Shown: positions 1 to 14,143 of the stretch, in pieces
How the letters are laid out: the number at the start of each line of letters is the position of its first letter
Numbering within the stretch: position 1 is the stretch's first letter
NCBI RefSeq assembly: GCF_001194135.2
Contig: NC_068982.1
Coordinates: 20,264,127-20,328,126, forward strand
DNA: 64,000 bases
Direction of reading: 5' to 3'
Source of the DNA: Octopus bimaculoides
Taxonomy: Eukaryota
Notes under the pieces: model-generated
Databases searched by the model: none
Told to the model about the DNA's origin: nothing
Seen by the model: the letters and a program-made list of their open reading frames with translations, nothing else
Program-made: the position numbers and the translations under genes

Positions 1-1429
1 CTGTGTATATATATGTATATGTACATGTGTGAGTGAACGTGTGTGTCGGCGGTGAAATATTATATACATTTGTATGTATACATTTTTATTATACATGTAT
101 CTATAATATNNNNNNNNNNNNNNNNNNCAACTATCTATCTACTTAACTATGATTCTCTTGTCTAAGTTTCTCTGTGTATATATATGTATACACACATAAA
201 ATAGGGATGTGTGCACATTCACTTTTAATGCGCAAACGGCTTTACCAATTACTTCAATACTTCTGATGTATGAATAAATTGACCTCGGACAATATAATAG
301 GGTCGTCATTTTATTTTTTCTATTAAAAATAAAACATTTTGCATTTTATATCACATTCACGTCTTTCAAAGATTTTTTAAATATTTACTTCCGGTTTCCT
401 ACAGTCAGTGACATAACATATCCCTTTATGTACATCTCTCTATCTATCTCTCTGAAATATGTCTCTCTATCTATATCTCTTGTTTTCACTTTCATTTTTC
501 AGATGCTATTCTATTCACTCCCAGTTTTCATACGCCGTTGTTTCACTTCTATGTTATTCTTTTCTTTTAAGTCTAAGTTTTGAATCGCTATTTACAAACA
601 AACGACAAATTACTGACAGAAAGAAGTTCACAATTACTGATGTAAGTAATTTCATAATTTACTGACAAAAGTATCTTCATTAATTTCACTTCAATCCGAA
701 CAGTTTCATGTTTTTATGTTGCCGACGGATTCTTTCTGGTTCCTTCGTTATTTTCCGTTAAAATTTCTTATTTACATTCTGCCCATCGTATTAATAAACA
801 TAATTTCCGTTACCAAGTTATTTTCATCGTTTATTATCTTCTGCACCCGTGTATTTATGTATACATATATGACCATGCGTAGAAAGAAAATGTTAAATTT
901 GTCAGCATAACTTACAGATTTCTATGCCCCCACCCCTAACCAAATTTCGATGATTATAGCTTTCGGAAAAACAGATATTTTTAAATAAAATTTCATACGA
1001 ATATGTGTTATATCATGTCCATTTCGAATATATATAACTGGGAGGGGGGTAAGTGTTTTAGGAGGGGTTGGGGAATTTCTGAAATTTCACCGGAGTCTTA
1101 CATCAATTCGTCTTCAATTTCAAGAAAATGGATATTTTTTTTAATGAAATTATCTACAAACATACCTTCGAATGTTATTACATCTCATTCACTTCGTTTC
1201 TCAATGTCTACTTCCGCTATTGATAGAAAACCGGCGAAGTCTGTCCCTGTCTGATATTTAATGCTTTCTTTTAAAGTTTTAATTCGCTATTTGTAAGCAA
1301 CTACGATAAATTACTGAAGGAATTATTTACTAAGTTCACAAATTGAAATATTCGTACAAGATAGTTTTCAACGTGTTTCCGTTTATACGATTTTTTCAGT
1401 CCATGTCCATCTCATTCATTGTTTGCAAA

Positions 1430-1527
<98 letters not shown>

Positions 1528-1883
1528 ACACACTCTAGGTTAGATTTTTTCATTACATAAATATCACGCTAAGATTTTGCAATTCAACATGGGGCGTCCC
1601 AAAAATATGGGCACTATTTTGCTGGAACTCACACGTTTCGTTAATTTAGGTAAAACGTTTTTATTTATTTCCTTTTCACGTCGTGTTCAGCTCTATGTAT
1701 TTCTAGTGAATCACACACACACACGTGTTTTTGTATGTACGTGTGTATACATTTATGTATGGTGTGTGTGTGTGAGTGAGTGAAGGGTGTGTTCTCATGT
1801 ATTCGTACATACATAAATAAATATGCATACATCTTTTTTGTATGTGTGTGTGAGAGAGAGAGAGAGAGATTGATGTCTAAGTG

Positions 1884-1923
<40 letters not shown>

Positions 1924-1968
1924 TTCCATCTCATCTGATGTTTCATAATTTATGTATGTATGTGTGTA

Positions 1969-2003
<35 letters not shown>

Positions 2004-2069
2004 GTGCGTGCGTGTGTGTGTGTACCTGCGGTGTTCCACAATCGTCAGAAACAAGCAGAGCTTTTTCCT

Positions 2070-3002
2070 TTCTGCTTTTAAATTACCACTAAGCTTGGTC
2101 ACAAGTGACAGTCGAATTTGTAACATAAGCAAAGATTCAGCGTATTTTAGGTTCAGCGGAAGTGTTGAGCCAATATCACCTTATCATTTGGGATGAATGC
2201 ACCATGTCACATAGAGGCGCAATAGAGGTTCTTGGTAAGACCTTCCAGGGCATCAGAGGCTACAATACATTTATGGGAGGAGTTACATTAGTTTTATCAG
2301 GAGACTTCAGACAGAAATTACCAGTCATTCTGAGACGAACAAGATCTAATAAAATAAAACCATGCATTAAGGATTCACACCTATGGAATAAAGTAATGAA
2401 ATTATCCTTCAATACTAACGTGCGAACTTCATTACATGGGGACCGATGTGCGAAACAATTTTCAACCTAGTTTTTCAAATTACGAAATGTGAAAGTATTA
2501 TTTGATAGGAATGATGATATCAGTTTGCCTCATATTGCTATCATGGTGAATTCCCCAGCTGAACTGAAGTATAGGGTATTTCCACACTTAAGTAATAATT
2601 ATAATTCACATAAATGGTAGTGTGAAAGTGCATTTCATACTCAAAAATGACACAGTTGCAAGAATTAACCATGAATTAATGAATAAGATTCCAGCAGTCA
2701 TTAAGAAGTACAAATCAGTTGATTCAGTACTTGATGAAAATCAAGCTATCCATTACCAAACAGAGTTCTTTAATTCTCTGGAGTCACCTGTAATTCCACC
2801 ACATAAACTTGTTCTGAAGGTAGGAGTCCCAATAATGCTTCTAAGAAATTTAGATCCTCCAAAATTATGCGATGGGACAAGGTTGATAGTGAAGACATTA
2901 TCACCTAATGTGATAGAAGCTACATCCTCACTGGATGTGCCTCTGGGGAAGAGGTTTTCGTTCCAAGAATTACAATCAAATCAACAGACATGCCCTTCAG
3001 TT
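2070..3002 (+). mobile_element. Helitron Rep/Hel remnant: degenerate PIF1-family (SF1) helicase coding region
   Basis: Frameshifted reading gives SAFKLPLSL..ICNISK, LIIWDECTMSH, GGVTLVLSGDFRQKLPV, PPHKLVLKVGVPIMLLRNLDPPKLCDGTRL and GCASGEEVFVPRI..TDMPF. These are hallmark Helitron/PIF1 helicase motifs. Stops and frameshifts are present; no Rep domain seen. Confidence 0.92.
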
Positions 3003-4025
3003 AAAACGAACACAACATATACTGCAGTGAATTATTTTCTCCAGAATTGTTTCCGGAATTTTGCGCGCCGGAGCTAAGGCATTCTGAAAAAATAGCCCCA
3101 AATGTAATCGGTAGAACAATATGCAAGTCTTATTTCATGAAGACAATTCGTGTATAGTTCTGCAAATTATATTGATTCTAGAACGTCTATGCTGATGAGA
3201 ACACGGATGTTATTACGTAAGTATAACGTTAAGGTTCGAAACTGCAGTCCATAGATAATTCTTTATTCTGTATATTTCTCATTTTGTCTTGTTCTGGCGT
3301 TTTGTGAAATTTTTCTGGAGAACATTTTTTTTCTTTGTAGTTGGGTCGTTGATGACCTCTTCCTAGTATATTGGATGTCCACCTAGTGGTCATCCCTTAT
3401 ACACGCGTAATACAATTTTTTCTGAATTTTCAGATTTTTTATATGCTAGGCCACTTGGTTTTAAATTGAATTGATATTCAATTTATCANNNNNNNNNNNN
3501 NNNNNNNNNNNNNNNNNNNNNNNNNNNNNNNNNNNNNNNNNNNNNNNNNNNNNNNNNNNNNNNNNNNNNNNNNNNNNNNNNNNNNNNNNNNNNNNNNNNN
3601 NNNNNNNNNNNNNNNNNNNNNNNNNNNNNNNNNNNNNNNNNNNNNNNNNNNNNNNNNNNNNNNNNNNNNNNNNNNNNNNNNNNNNNNNNNNNNNNNNNNN
3701 NNNNNNNNNNNNNNNNNNNNNNNNNNNNNNNNNNNNNNNNNNNNNNNNNNNNNNNNNNNNNNNNNNNNNNNNNNNNNNNNNNNNNNNNNNNNNNNNNNNN
3801 NNNNNNNNNNNNNNNNNNNNNNNNNNNNNNNNNNNNNNNNNNNNNNNNNNNNNNNNNNNNNNNNNNNNNNNNNNNNNNNNNNNNNNNNNNNNNNNNNNNN
3901 NNNNNNNNNNNNNNNNNNNNNNNNNNNNNNNNNNNNNNNNNNNNNNNNNNNNNNNNNNNNNNNNNNNNNNNNNNNNNNNNNNNNNNNNNNNNNNNNNNNN
4001 NNNNNNNNNNNNNNNNNNNNNNNNN

Positions 4026-4056
<31 letters not shown>

Positions 4057-4077
4057 CACATACATATATGTGTGTGT

Positions 4078-4262
4078 GTGTGTGTCTGTGTTTGGACCCC
4101 CTCCCCATCGATTGACTACCGACGTTCGTACGCTTGCGTCCCGTAACTTAGCAGTTTAGCAAAAGAGACCGATAGAATAAGTAGTAGGGGCCGAATTGTT
4201 CGACTAAAGGAGGTGCTGCAGCATGGCCGCAGTCAACTGACTGAAACAAATAATAGAATAAA
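4078..4262 (+). mobile_element. SINE family A, 3' half (5' half probably inside the preceding gap)
   Basis: After (TA)n(TG)n: gtttggacccc..cgtaacttagcagtttagcaaaagagaccgatagaataagta..ggtgctgcagcatggccgcagtcaactgactgaaac. The same module recurs at 15943, 40800, 52220, 52553 and 62600. Confidence 0.8.
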
Positions 4263-4644
4263 AGAATATATACGCACAACGAGGGAGTTAGTGAGAAATT
4301 AAGTGATACTTGTTTGTCCATAAAATGACATATTTATGTATTATATATTTTATTACATATTCAACAAATTTCATTACGTATATTTTTCAAGAGAGATATC
4401 CCTCTCAACTCTCACGCGGGCCATTTGCATTTATGCATATGCTTAATATAGAGGTACATAATCTCTGTAGTACTTCATCTCAGGGGTACATAATCTCTGT
4501 AGTACTTCATTCAGTAGACTCTCTAACATTCAAATGATCATGCACATTTGGACACCCACCGCTATTCCTTTTGTTGCAATAATGTGATTCTCATCTAATA
4601 CCATATGATCAGAATTCATTATATAGCTGTAGGTTCTTCGTCTG

Positions 4645-4797
4645 TCTTTACGATCCGAGTTCAAATTCCGCCGAGGTCGACTTTGCCTTTCATCCTTTCG
4701 AGGTCGATAAATTAAGTTCCAGTTGCGTATTGGGATCAGTCTAATCGACTGGCTCTCTCCACTAAAATTTCGGGTCTCGTGCCTAGAGTAGAAATGA
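4645..4797 (+). mobile_element. SINE family B, 5'-truncated
   Basis: B-box gagttcaaattcc followed by gccgaggtcgactttgcctttcatcctttcgaggtcgataaattaag, homologous to the copies at 47280, 47997 and 56610-57195. Confidence 0.82.
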
Positions 4798-6688
4798 GTA
4801 TATATCTGTAGGTCATCGCATGAGATTTTTCCGTACTTGCAGGCATCTGAAAGGGTCGTTATGTGGTAATTTATGTGAGAACTCATTTCATATTGCATGC
4901 GCGAGTGTTTTAAAGATTCCCTCCACCTAACAGCCCAGCACATCTTTTAATGCATCTAATGCAATCTAATCATTAGTAGTGTCTCATACATTTTTCGGAA
5001 TCTCTCAAGAAGTGTTTGTTTTTCTTTTTGCCTTTGAAGTGAATAAATATCAATCAATGTATGGCTCCCTTTCAGGAAAATATTCCTTCGTACTTTTGAG
5101 AGATAAGCGCAGTAATAATATAGCCAATATATCATGGGAAATAACAACTTTTATAACAACACAACAAATTTCATATTTTCTTAAAGTTCATATTATTTTC
5201 CAGCATGATCTATTCATATATTAAGAGTTTCGAGTTATTTGATATAAGTCGTTTCGATAGAAATGGAATTATTTAAGTAAAAACTCGCGGAAATGATTCA
5301 AATTCGGAATTATTTCAAAGATGATGGTTCAAATTATTGTTCAATTATCCGAGCTGCGAAAATTGAAGTTTTCTTAGATATTGTTGGAGTGAAAGCTTTG
5401 CACATCTCCGAATAGTTTGTTTCCTACGCCATTTGATAATTACTTGCCTTAAATATTCTTTTGAAATTGAATGATGAGAAATTAGAACAATAGTTCCCGA
5501 ACCACCCTTAACACTGAACGGTATATCAACATGTATATACTCTTAACACTGTTTACTCTTTTTCAATTTCCTTTCAGAATCACTTAATTCTCAATGCTTG
5601 AATCAATGTTGCTTTAATGATTTATCACTGCATTCATAAAGCATACACATATGCAGTGCCAATACCCTACATTTTTAGGGCAATTCCCTCAGTGGGTGAG
5701 GCCATGAACTCTGTTCCAGTGTATCATCTAAACTGATCTACTCTGACTCTATTAAACACTACGATAGTCACCATTTTGAAGGAAAAGCATTAAGTAACAT
5801 CGTAGTTTACAGTAATGTACCCGATTTTCAATATAACATTAGTCATTTAGTGAAATGAACTACTAACCCAACAGTAATGTCACGACAAATTCTATCATCA
5901 CAATGTCAAAGAAAACTCAAAATGAATGCATGGTTGCTGTTGATCTGGGTATTAATTTCGTACATGAAAAGTTACTCAATTGTGCAAAATTTCTCCCCAT
6001 TAAGTCCATTACATTCATTTCACAACACATACACATTGAAACGATGAAAGATAGAATTATTAAAGTTAGCAATGATTGTATAACATTAGCTTGTCTGGGA
6101 GGCAATAACAAATAAATGTACTTTGGGTGTAATAAAATATTTATTGATTATTGAAATTAAATAATCTAATTGAACTTTATCCGCAAGCCACATCGTGGAC
6201 AAAATACACATTTTCGTTAATTCACAAAATTAGTAAGAAAGAAAATTATATTTTCGATAATTATGCTAAAGTAATTGTGAATTCCACATTTTTTTTATTA
6301 AATTTAGCAGTTTATTTCATATAATGAGCATTTTTAAAATAGTGCCTCGACCTTTCCAATTACGTTCATAAATACCGATTAGATATTTTGTTTTTTACCC
6401 ATTTGTTTTACTAAATGTTGAGCTTTCTACAAAAGAGAATTATATAGAAATGAATTAAATTTATACTGAAATACACAAAAAAATGGAAGTAAAATTTCTA
6501 GTAACATGCATTAAATAATTTAAGGAAGAAATAATATTGCCGATGAGTTTTAAGGTTCAATACTTGTTCTGGTAGACCAGTTATTTTCCTGTATCCATGT
6601 GTAGTATTTGAGTAAGACGTCATACTGTTGATAGCGTTACAAAAAGAAAATAAAAATCTAAAAATGCAGTTGTTGCTGTTGCTGAGGG

Positions 6689-6767
<79 letters not shown>
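6689..6767. repeat. (ATG)n trinucleotide microsatellite
   Basis: Direct inspection; explains the poly-Ile ORF 6498..6791. Confidence 0.97.
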
Positions 6768-7152
6768 ATCCCTAATTGCTAAGGGGCTCACATATTAAGT
6801 ATAAGACGGTCACGAAACAAATCAATCAGCTTCAATCTGGGAAGTGGTTGTGGAGTAATTGGTGTACAAAGAGAACTTGTATACTGGTTTCGATTCAATC
6901 GACACTACCTAAAATGGATCATGATATTGTAATGGATATGCATTTGCATAAGAAGAGCTATATGTGTATGTATGTATGTATATATGTAAGTATGTATGTA
7001 TGTAATGTATGTATGTAATGTATGTACGTATGTAATATATGTATGCATTGATGAAATAATGTGGCTGCTATTGTTATTGTTGTTAGCACAATGCCAATAA
7101 TCGAGATGGAAGGATAAAGCCATTCTAGACATGACCAAATATCAATACTTAA

Positions 7153-7218
<66 letters not shown>

Positions 7219-7418
7219 ATGTAACAAATAAGAAAAAGTGAAAATGGAATGCATAAGATTATTAATCATTACGAGCGTTTCAGTGGCACTTATATACATA
7301 CTCTTGATGACATCAGGTAGCCAAAGACAGCGAACGTGCTTTAAACGTCATATTATCAGGTGTATATGCAAGTTTAGAATTATTACTTATATTTATATGT
7401 GTGTGTTTGTGTATTATG

Positions 7419-7504
<86 letters not shown>

Positions 7505-7752
7505 ACTATGCTTGGATAAACAAGAGATCCAGCTGGTTATTCTTGCTGGCCTGATGAAGACTTAAATGTCCTTTAGTGTAATATATTTATTTTCCGAAAC
7601 ACATTGTCTATGAAACGGTAAACATAAAACAAAAGAAGTGCGGGGAATGAAATTTTCCTGAGCTAAGGAGATGTAACCAAAAGATACATTAATACGTCAT
7701 TAAAAGAATACCAAAGGGAAATTAATAAATAAAATTATACGTGTGGAGTATA

Positions 7753-7842
7753 AGCAGGAGTGGTTGTGTGATAAGAAGTTTGCATCCAAATCACATGGTT
7801 CCGAGTTCATTCCCACCGCGTAGCACCTTCGGCAAGTGTCTG
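7753..7842 (+). mobile_element. SINE family A, tRNA-like head fragment
   Basis: ggagtggttgtgtgataagaagtttgcatccaaatcacatggttccgagttcattcccaccgcgtagcaccttcggcaagtgtc matches the head at 49972. Truncated by the inverted repeat unit starting about 7843. Confidence 0.75.
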
Positions 7843-8512
7843 CTATATTTTTGAGCAGGGTGCTCAGTCATCTCACCTAGCACAAGACAACATCTGTGGA
7901 CTAGTTTCTGGGTAATTGCTCTTTATATATTCGAACGGTGAATGAAGCAACTTTATCTGGAACGCCGTCTGGCCAAGCAGCTAGTCTGTGTTGATAAAGG
8001 GCAATAACCCAGGAAAAAAATCCACAGATGTTTTGTGCTAGGAGGTAATGCTGCACTCCCTGTTCGAAGAAATAAGCACACATATATTTTGTGGGGCTAA
8101 TACCACAGTAACATCATCCCTTACAGGAGAGCCACTTTGTGTTGGCAAATAGCCTTTACTTTAAAGAACTGTAACTGAATGTCTCTCTTTGAGAGATTTA
8201 GAAATAATAATATTACTATTTTTAGATCAGTGTCTGTTTGTCACCTTGAAAACTATATATTTGAAGGTTGAACTACTCAGTAACGCCATCAGGCCGATCA
8301 GCTACTCTCTGTTGATAAAAAGCAATAACACAGAAACTAGTCCACAGATGTTGTTTTGCGCTAGGTGGGAGTTCTGAACCCCCTGTTCGAAAATATAAGG
8401 ATACAGATATTATGTCTTATAGCCAGCTAGATACGATATTTCTTGGGGCTAAAACAACAGTAACATCGTCCCCTTACAGGTGAGCCACATTATGCTGGCA
8501 AATAACTTTTAT
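7843..8512. repeat. Local triplication: inverted partial copy (7843-7927) plus two direct copies (7961-8160, 8282-8512) of a ~200-230 bp unit
   Basis: Reverse complement of 7843-7927 (ataaagagcaattacccagaaactagtccacagatgttgtcttgtgctaggtgag..) matches the equivalent stretch in both direct copies. The direct copies share aacgcc..cagcta..gttgataaa..gcaataac..tccacagatg..ggggcta..acagtaacatc..cccttacagg.gagccac. Confidence 0.85.
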
Positions 8513-9413
8513 TTTATATATATAGGTAAAGGTATGGATATGATGGGCACCTCTTGCAGTAGATGTTCAGAATGTTACTACCCACCGTGGACACCTACTG
8601 TCAATTAAACGACATATAAAAGGGATGTCAAATACTCAGAAATGTATATGCCTAAAGCATTTTAGAGTGAAGAAAAACTTTGCAAAGGTCCAACCCAACT
8701 CTTTAAACAATGTTTGCTTTTTCCCCCAAAGAAGAACTAATCTGCACTAAAAGATGCAAATGAAGCCACAAGTAATACACAAGAATTTTCCTTCTTGTAG
8801 AAAGATGTCTACAGGCACACACACAAACACACACTCACACATACAAACACACACTCACACATACAAACACACACTCACATACACACACAAGTCTTGAAAT
8901 AAGGTGTTGGTATATAGTCCAGTAAAGTGAAATTCTAATGACACAGGCCTCCGGATACATTGCTGAATAATAAGTAATATTTGCTGCAGATAACGTATAA
9001 ATCAATGGAAAAATCATCACGAAAATTAGTTTAATCTAACACATAAGTTATTGATACATTACTTTGAAGTTAATCATTATATCATTAGAAGATAATTGTA
9101 GATATGCACCATGAACATAGCTGAGAACATCATTATATATGCTTAACCAATAAACCCATAAGTATGATAAGTTCTGAACGTATTAGAAATACAATGTGCA
9201 GAAGCAGTTTGATGCAAGCATATTAGAATTTAAAATCTATTTGACTCATTATATAGAGTAGAGTATGGAAAGGTAAGAGCCCATTTGATCAAACAGTGTA
9301 TTTTGTAGTTTATTCGAATTAAAACATTTCTTTGTGTTCTAATCTTAAATGTGTTATATTTATGTCTTTAAACAATCGCGTTTTCTTCTCTTTTGTTCAT
9401 ACGAAGATTTCAG

Positions 9414-9529
9414 ATGCAATGAATATCTCAAAATATGCTTATCAGAATACACATTACAAAATTGAATTTCAAAGCTGTTTACACAATGATTCTTATGATT
9501 TAGAATCGCTATTAAGTTACGTTGATGAG
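9414..9529 (+). CDS. Candidate coding exon (phase 1 to 0), product unknown: (D)AMNISKYAYQNTHYKIEFQSCLHNDSYDLESLLSYVDE
   Basis: Pyrimidine tract ttttcttctcttttgttc..atttcag acceptor, open frame, GAG|gtttga donor. No homology recognised. Confidence 0.38.
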
Positions 9530-10891
9530 GTTTGAGGGTTTATTTGCATGTTTGGTTTAGGATATAAAATAAGCGTAGTTAGAAGGCCATGTTATCAAAC
9601 TTTCCATTATTAGGTTTACTTAGCATTGTGCAACAATGTATAACCCAACGGAAAATAAAGCTCTCAGGAAATGCATATATTTGAAATATATTTGAAAATC
9701 AGCCAACCTGTTCCTGGTGTACACAGTTTCGAAAAACAAAGCTAATGTGAAGATGAACAAAGACAGTTTTCTTAATATATTCTATACGTTAACAGTAGCT
9801 TATTGATATTCCTTGCAATATTTGGACCGTTTCCCAAGTAAGGGTCTCGATGAATCATTGCTTCACTTAACCTGTGAAAGGGACAAACACTCCATGGATT
9901 TTCAATGTACAAATATTTTTACTTCTATTCAAACTTATATTTCACTGTATTCATTCCACGCATTTTACAAATGAAATTTAAGTGGTTATATAAAATGTGA
10001 CTGCTTTCTCTGCCCTAAGCAACGAGTACATAATGGATNNNNNNNNNNNNNNNNNNNNNNNNNNNNNNNNNNNNNNNNNNNNNNNNNNNNNNNNNNNNNN
10101 NNNNNNNNNNNNNNNNNNNNNNNNNNNNNNNNNNNNNNNNNNNNNNNNNNNNNNNNNNNNNNNNNNNNNNNNNNNNNNNNNNNNNNNNNNNNNNNNNNNN
10201 NNNNNNNNNNNNNNNNNNNNNNNNNNNNNNNNNNNNNNNNNNNNNNNNNNNNNNNNNNNNNNNNNNNNNNNNNNNNNNNNNNNNNNNNNNNNNNNNNNNN
10301 NNNNNNNNNNNNNNNNNNNNNNNNNNNNNNNNNNNNNNNNNNNNNNNNNNNNNNNNNNNNNNNNNNNNNNNNNNNNNNNNNNNNNNNNNNNNNNNNNNNN
10401 NNNNNNNNNNNNNNNNNNNNNNNNNNNNNTGTGTGTGTGTGTGTGTGTCTGTGTGTGTGTGTGTATTTGAAAAATGTCGGTATAAGTATAAATACACCAT
10501 AAACAATTTTAGAAAAATGGAGGAGAAAAAATGCTGAATCAAAATTAGGTTTAAACAAAATAGGATTCAATATATAACGCTCTCGACTGTTACGAATGGA
10601 AATGGACTCTTGGTGATACTTACGTGTGAGAAGTATCATTTTATCCTGACTGCAGCTGTATAATCTTCTAATCGGGCGTCTGTTAGAACTCTACCTTTGA
10701 TTGTGGTTTACTTTTATAACATCACTTCTGCCTTGTATATTAGGCAGCAGTCACAGCAAACGAATGGATTATATTATCAGGGCCTAAGATTGCTCGGGGA
10801 CTCAAAGCATGTTATAAAAGACCTGCATAGAGCCGTGCCTCTAAAACAATAAAATATCAGTAGCTCATATCTTTATACTGTCTGCATTAAA

Positions 10892-10930
<39 letters not shown>

Positions 10931-11804
10931 NNNNNNNNNNNNNNNNNNNNNNNNNNNNNNNNNNNNNNNNNNNNNNNNNNNNNNNNNNNNNNNNNNNNNN
11001 NNNNNNNNNNNNNNNNNNNNNNNNNNNNNNNNNNNNNNNNNNNNNNNNNNNNNNNNNNNNNNNNNNNNNNNNNNNNNNNNNNNNNNNNNNNNNNNNNNNN
11101 NNNNNNNNNNNNNNNNNNNNNNNNNNNNNNNNNNNNNNNNNNNNNNNNNNNNNNNNNNNNNNNNNNNNNNNNNNNNNNNNNNNNNNNNNNNNNNNNNNNN
11201 NNNNNNNNNNNNNNNNNNNNNNNNNNNNNNNNNNNNNNNNNNNNNNNNNNNNNNNNNNNNNNNNNNNNNNNNNNNNNNNNNNNNNNNNNNNNNNNNNNNN
11301 NNNNNNNNNNNNNNNNNNNNNNNNNNNNNNNNNNNNNNNNNNNNNNNNNNNNNNNNNNNNNNNNNNNNNNNNNNNNNNNNNNNNNNNNNNNNNNNNNNNN
11401 NNNNNNNNNNNNNNNNNNNNNNNNNNNNNNNNNNNNNNNNNNNNNNNNNNNNNNNNNNNNNNNNNNNNNNNNNNNNNNNNNNNNNNNNNNNNNNNNNNNN
11501 NNNNNNNNNNNNNNNNNNNNNNNNNNNNNNNNNNNNNNNNNNNNNNNNNNNNNNNNNNNNNNNNNNNNNNNNNNNNNNNNNNNNNNNNNNNNNNNNNNNN
11601 NNNNNNNNNNNNNNNNNNNNNNNNNNNNNNNNNNNNNNNNNNNNNNNNNNNNNNNNNNNNNNNNNNNNNNNNNNNNNNNNNNNNNNNNNNNNNNNNNNNN
11701 NNNNNNNNNNNNNNNNNNNNNNNNNNNNNNNNNNNNNNNNNNNNNNNNNNNNNNNNNNNNNNNNNNNNNNNNNNNNNNNNNNNNNNNNNNNNNNNNNNNN
11801 NNNN

Positions 11805-11889
<85 letters not shown>

Positions 11890-14143
11890 TATATATATGT
11901 ACATACAAATTATGTACTTATAAACGCATGCCTGAATAGTTTCGTCTGTCTTTGAATGTATATTATCATATGCAACATTTTCAGACTCGGGCATAACTAA
12001 ACATTGCTTATTTATCGTATTATTTCTTCTGGTTTCTTTTCTTCTGCCACCAGCAAACCTTTTTCTGTCGCAGACGGTTTTTCTATCCGAATGTGCCAGT
12101 ATATCTAAATATCTGCAAGTTTATGTTGTACATGTAACAACGAAACTTAGATTCTCACATAATGTGGTGTATACATATACAAGAGACACACACTTACTCG
12201 TTTAGTATTTGAAGCAAGCTCTCTATACGGCGTGTTTTCTATAGCTATGCTGTTTAAGTATATAGATAGAATATTGTAATAGATTATTTATAAAGATGTG
12301 GCTTGTATATTTATTATTGGCGTTTGTATTTACATGTAGGTACCTATGGAACCGAATGCTAGAAATTCTATATTCAAATATAAATCTATTTACACATTCA
12401 AACAATGTGATTACTTCAATATGTTTTGCCATGGGTTCTGTTTCAAATCCTTTCTCTTATGTAAATTATAGCGTATGAAACTACCAGCGTTTGGAAATCT
12501 TTTAAAATGTTACATAAATAATAAAAGCCTATATTCGTTTTATAGTCATTTCAATTGCACTGTAATAATTCTAAAGGAAATTATATATGTACATAAAAGG
12601 GAACAAGTTATCAGATTTATATTCCCATATGCAAGGGCAATATATATCATATATCTGTTGTGATGCCTATAGAGCAATATCTCTTTGAGTTTTAGAAGCT
12701 ATAGATTTATATTTTTGTAATGTTTGAGCGTTAACTTTCAATTCATAGATTTAATCCTTTTATAATTGTTACAAAGGCGATATATTATTTTCATTTTCGA
12801 ATACGTTTGCATTATTGCCTCGCGATAGTATCTTTAAAAGTATTTCCTCCACCTACACTAACATTTCTCTAAAATGTGCAATTATTTCAAAATATAAAAT
12901 TAATGTTCGGGATGAAACATAATTGTATACTAATATGTCTTCGCCATAATATGTTTTATAAGATAAGTACTTTGATAATACTTTTTTGCTTATTTAAAAC
13001 GTGCCTGGGTATTATTTAAACATAAATGCATACTTTTTGCTTTTGATGAAATGTTTTATCATATTACTATCCGATATTTCTTTGTAATTCCATCGTAAAG
13101 AAATATAGTTATGGGCTTCGTAGTTTTAGGAAAGAAGATCAATAGTAAGTATATTTTCTGATAAACGTAGCTATAGAATACTAAATGATATAGATGCATG
13201 TATCAATAGATATTTCCCTTTGAAGGTTTTAATGCCTGCTGATTTGAAATATTTCAGCTTGCATTCGTAGGAAAATATATTAAAAGGATCTGATGAATTG
13301 CAGCAGGGATGGTTTGAGAACTTGCGGAAACGACGAAAATATTTTCCATATAACGATTTAAAATCTCATATTTAAAACTTCACACACTTTCCCATACAAA
13401 GTTGTCTAAACAATTTTTCTTTTTCATGTTTATAAAAATGTATTGCAGTATTTATTTTAGAACTTATGAAGGGAACTATAAATATCTTAAATAAGAATGT
13501 TTCAACAGCCGATATTATCGAGTCTGTTTCAATTTCCCTTCAATCCATCACATCTTTGTTATGAAAAACACATTTCAATGAATTAAAAAAATTAATCATG
13601 AATGTTATATTAATCCTTCCTCTTCATCATATGAAACATTTGTTTAAAATGAGATTTTAATATCTTCAAAATGTCGATGATAGGCATGTCTAATAAATGT
13701 ATATTTAGCAATAAGAATACGTTGTAATTGTTTCATCTACATATACAAAAGCATAAGTCGTTAAAAATAACTATGTTGTTTTCAATCTATATTGTCGTAA
13801 TATAACAATAAATCGAGTAGAACTTCGTAATAAGGTTTCGAAACTAGCTAGAAATAGCGTAAATTACACTGGACTCTCATAAAATAGACGAATACAATAG
13901 ACAAAATATGCCTGTGTATGAATTGCCGAGAAAAATATGGTAAGGTTATCGCTAGAAAGTTTTTGACCATAACTCTTGTGAATTAGACTTGATGTAAAGA
14001 AGCAAAATCAATGCATATTAAATCCAAAATTAGATTGCACCTAAACTACAAAAGCATTCATTCTCTACGCTTTGATAAAGCTCATTAATATATTTTCATT
14101 TACTTTTATTAAGATTTTATTCATTCATTGTAAATTAATTCAG

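Noticed and set aside
7545-7575. cctgatgaagacttaaatgtcc, hammerhead-like CUGAUGA plus stem II
   Set aside because: The essential GAAA does not follow stem II and no Penelope sequence is adjacent.
12010-12113. Minus-strand candidate last exon YLDILAHSDRKPSATEKGLLVAEEKKPEEIIR*
   Set aside because: Weak acceptor, no partner exons identified; purine skew alone can keep the frame open.
13288-13332. CTGATGA..GAAACG spacing suggestive of a hammerhead
   Set aside because: Stem II pairing is offset and weak, and there is no NUH site with stem I.
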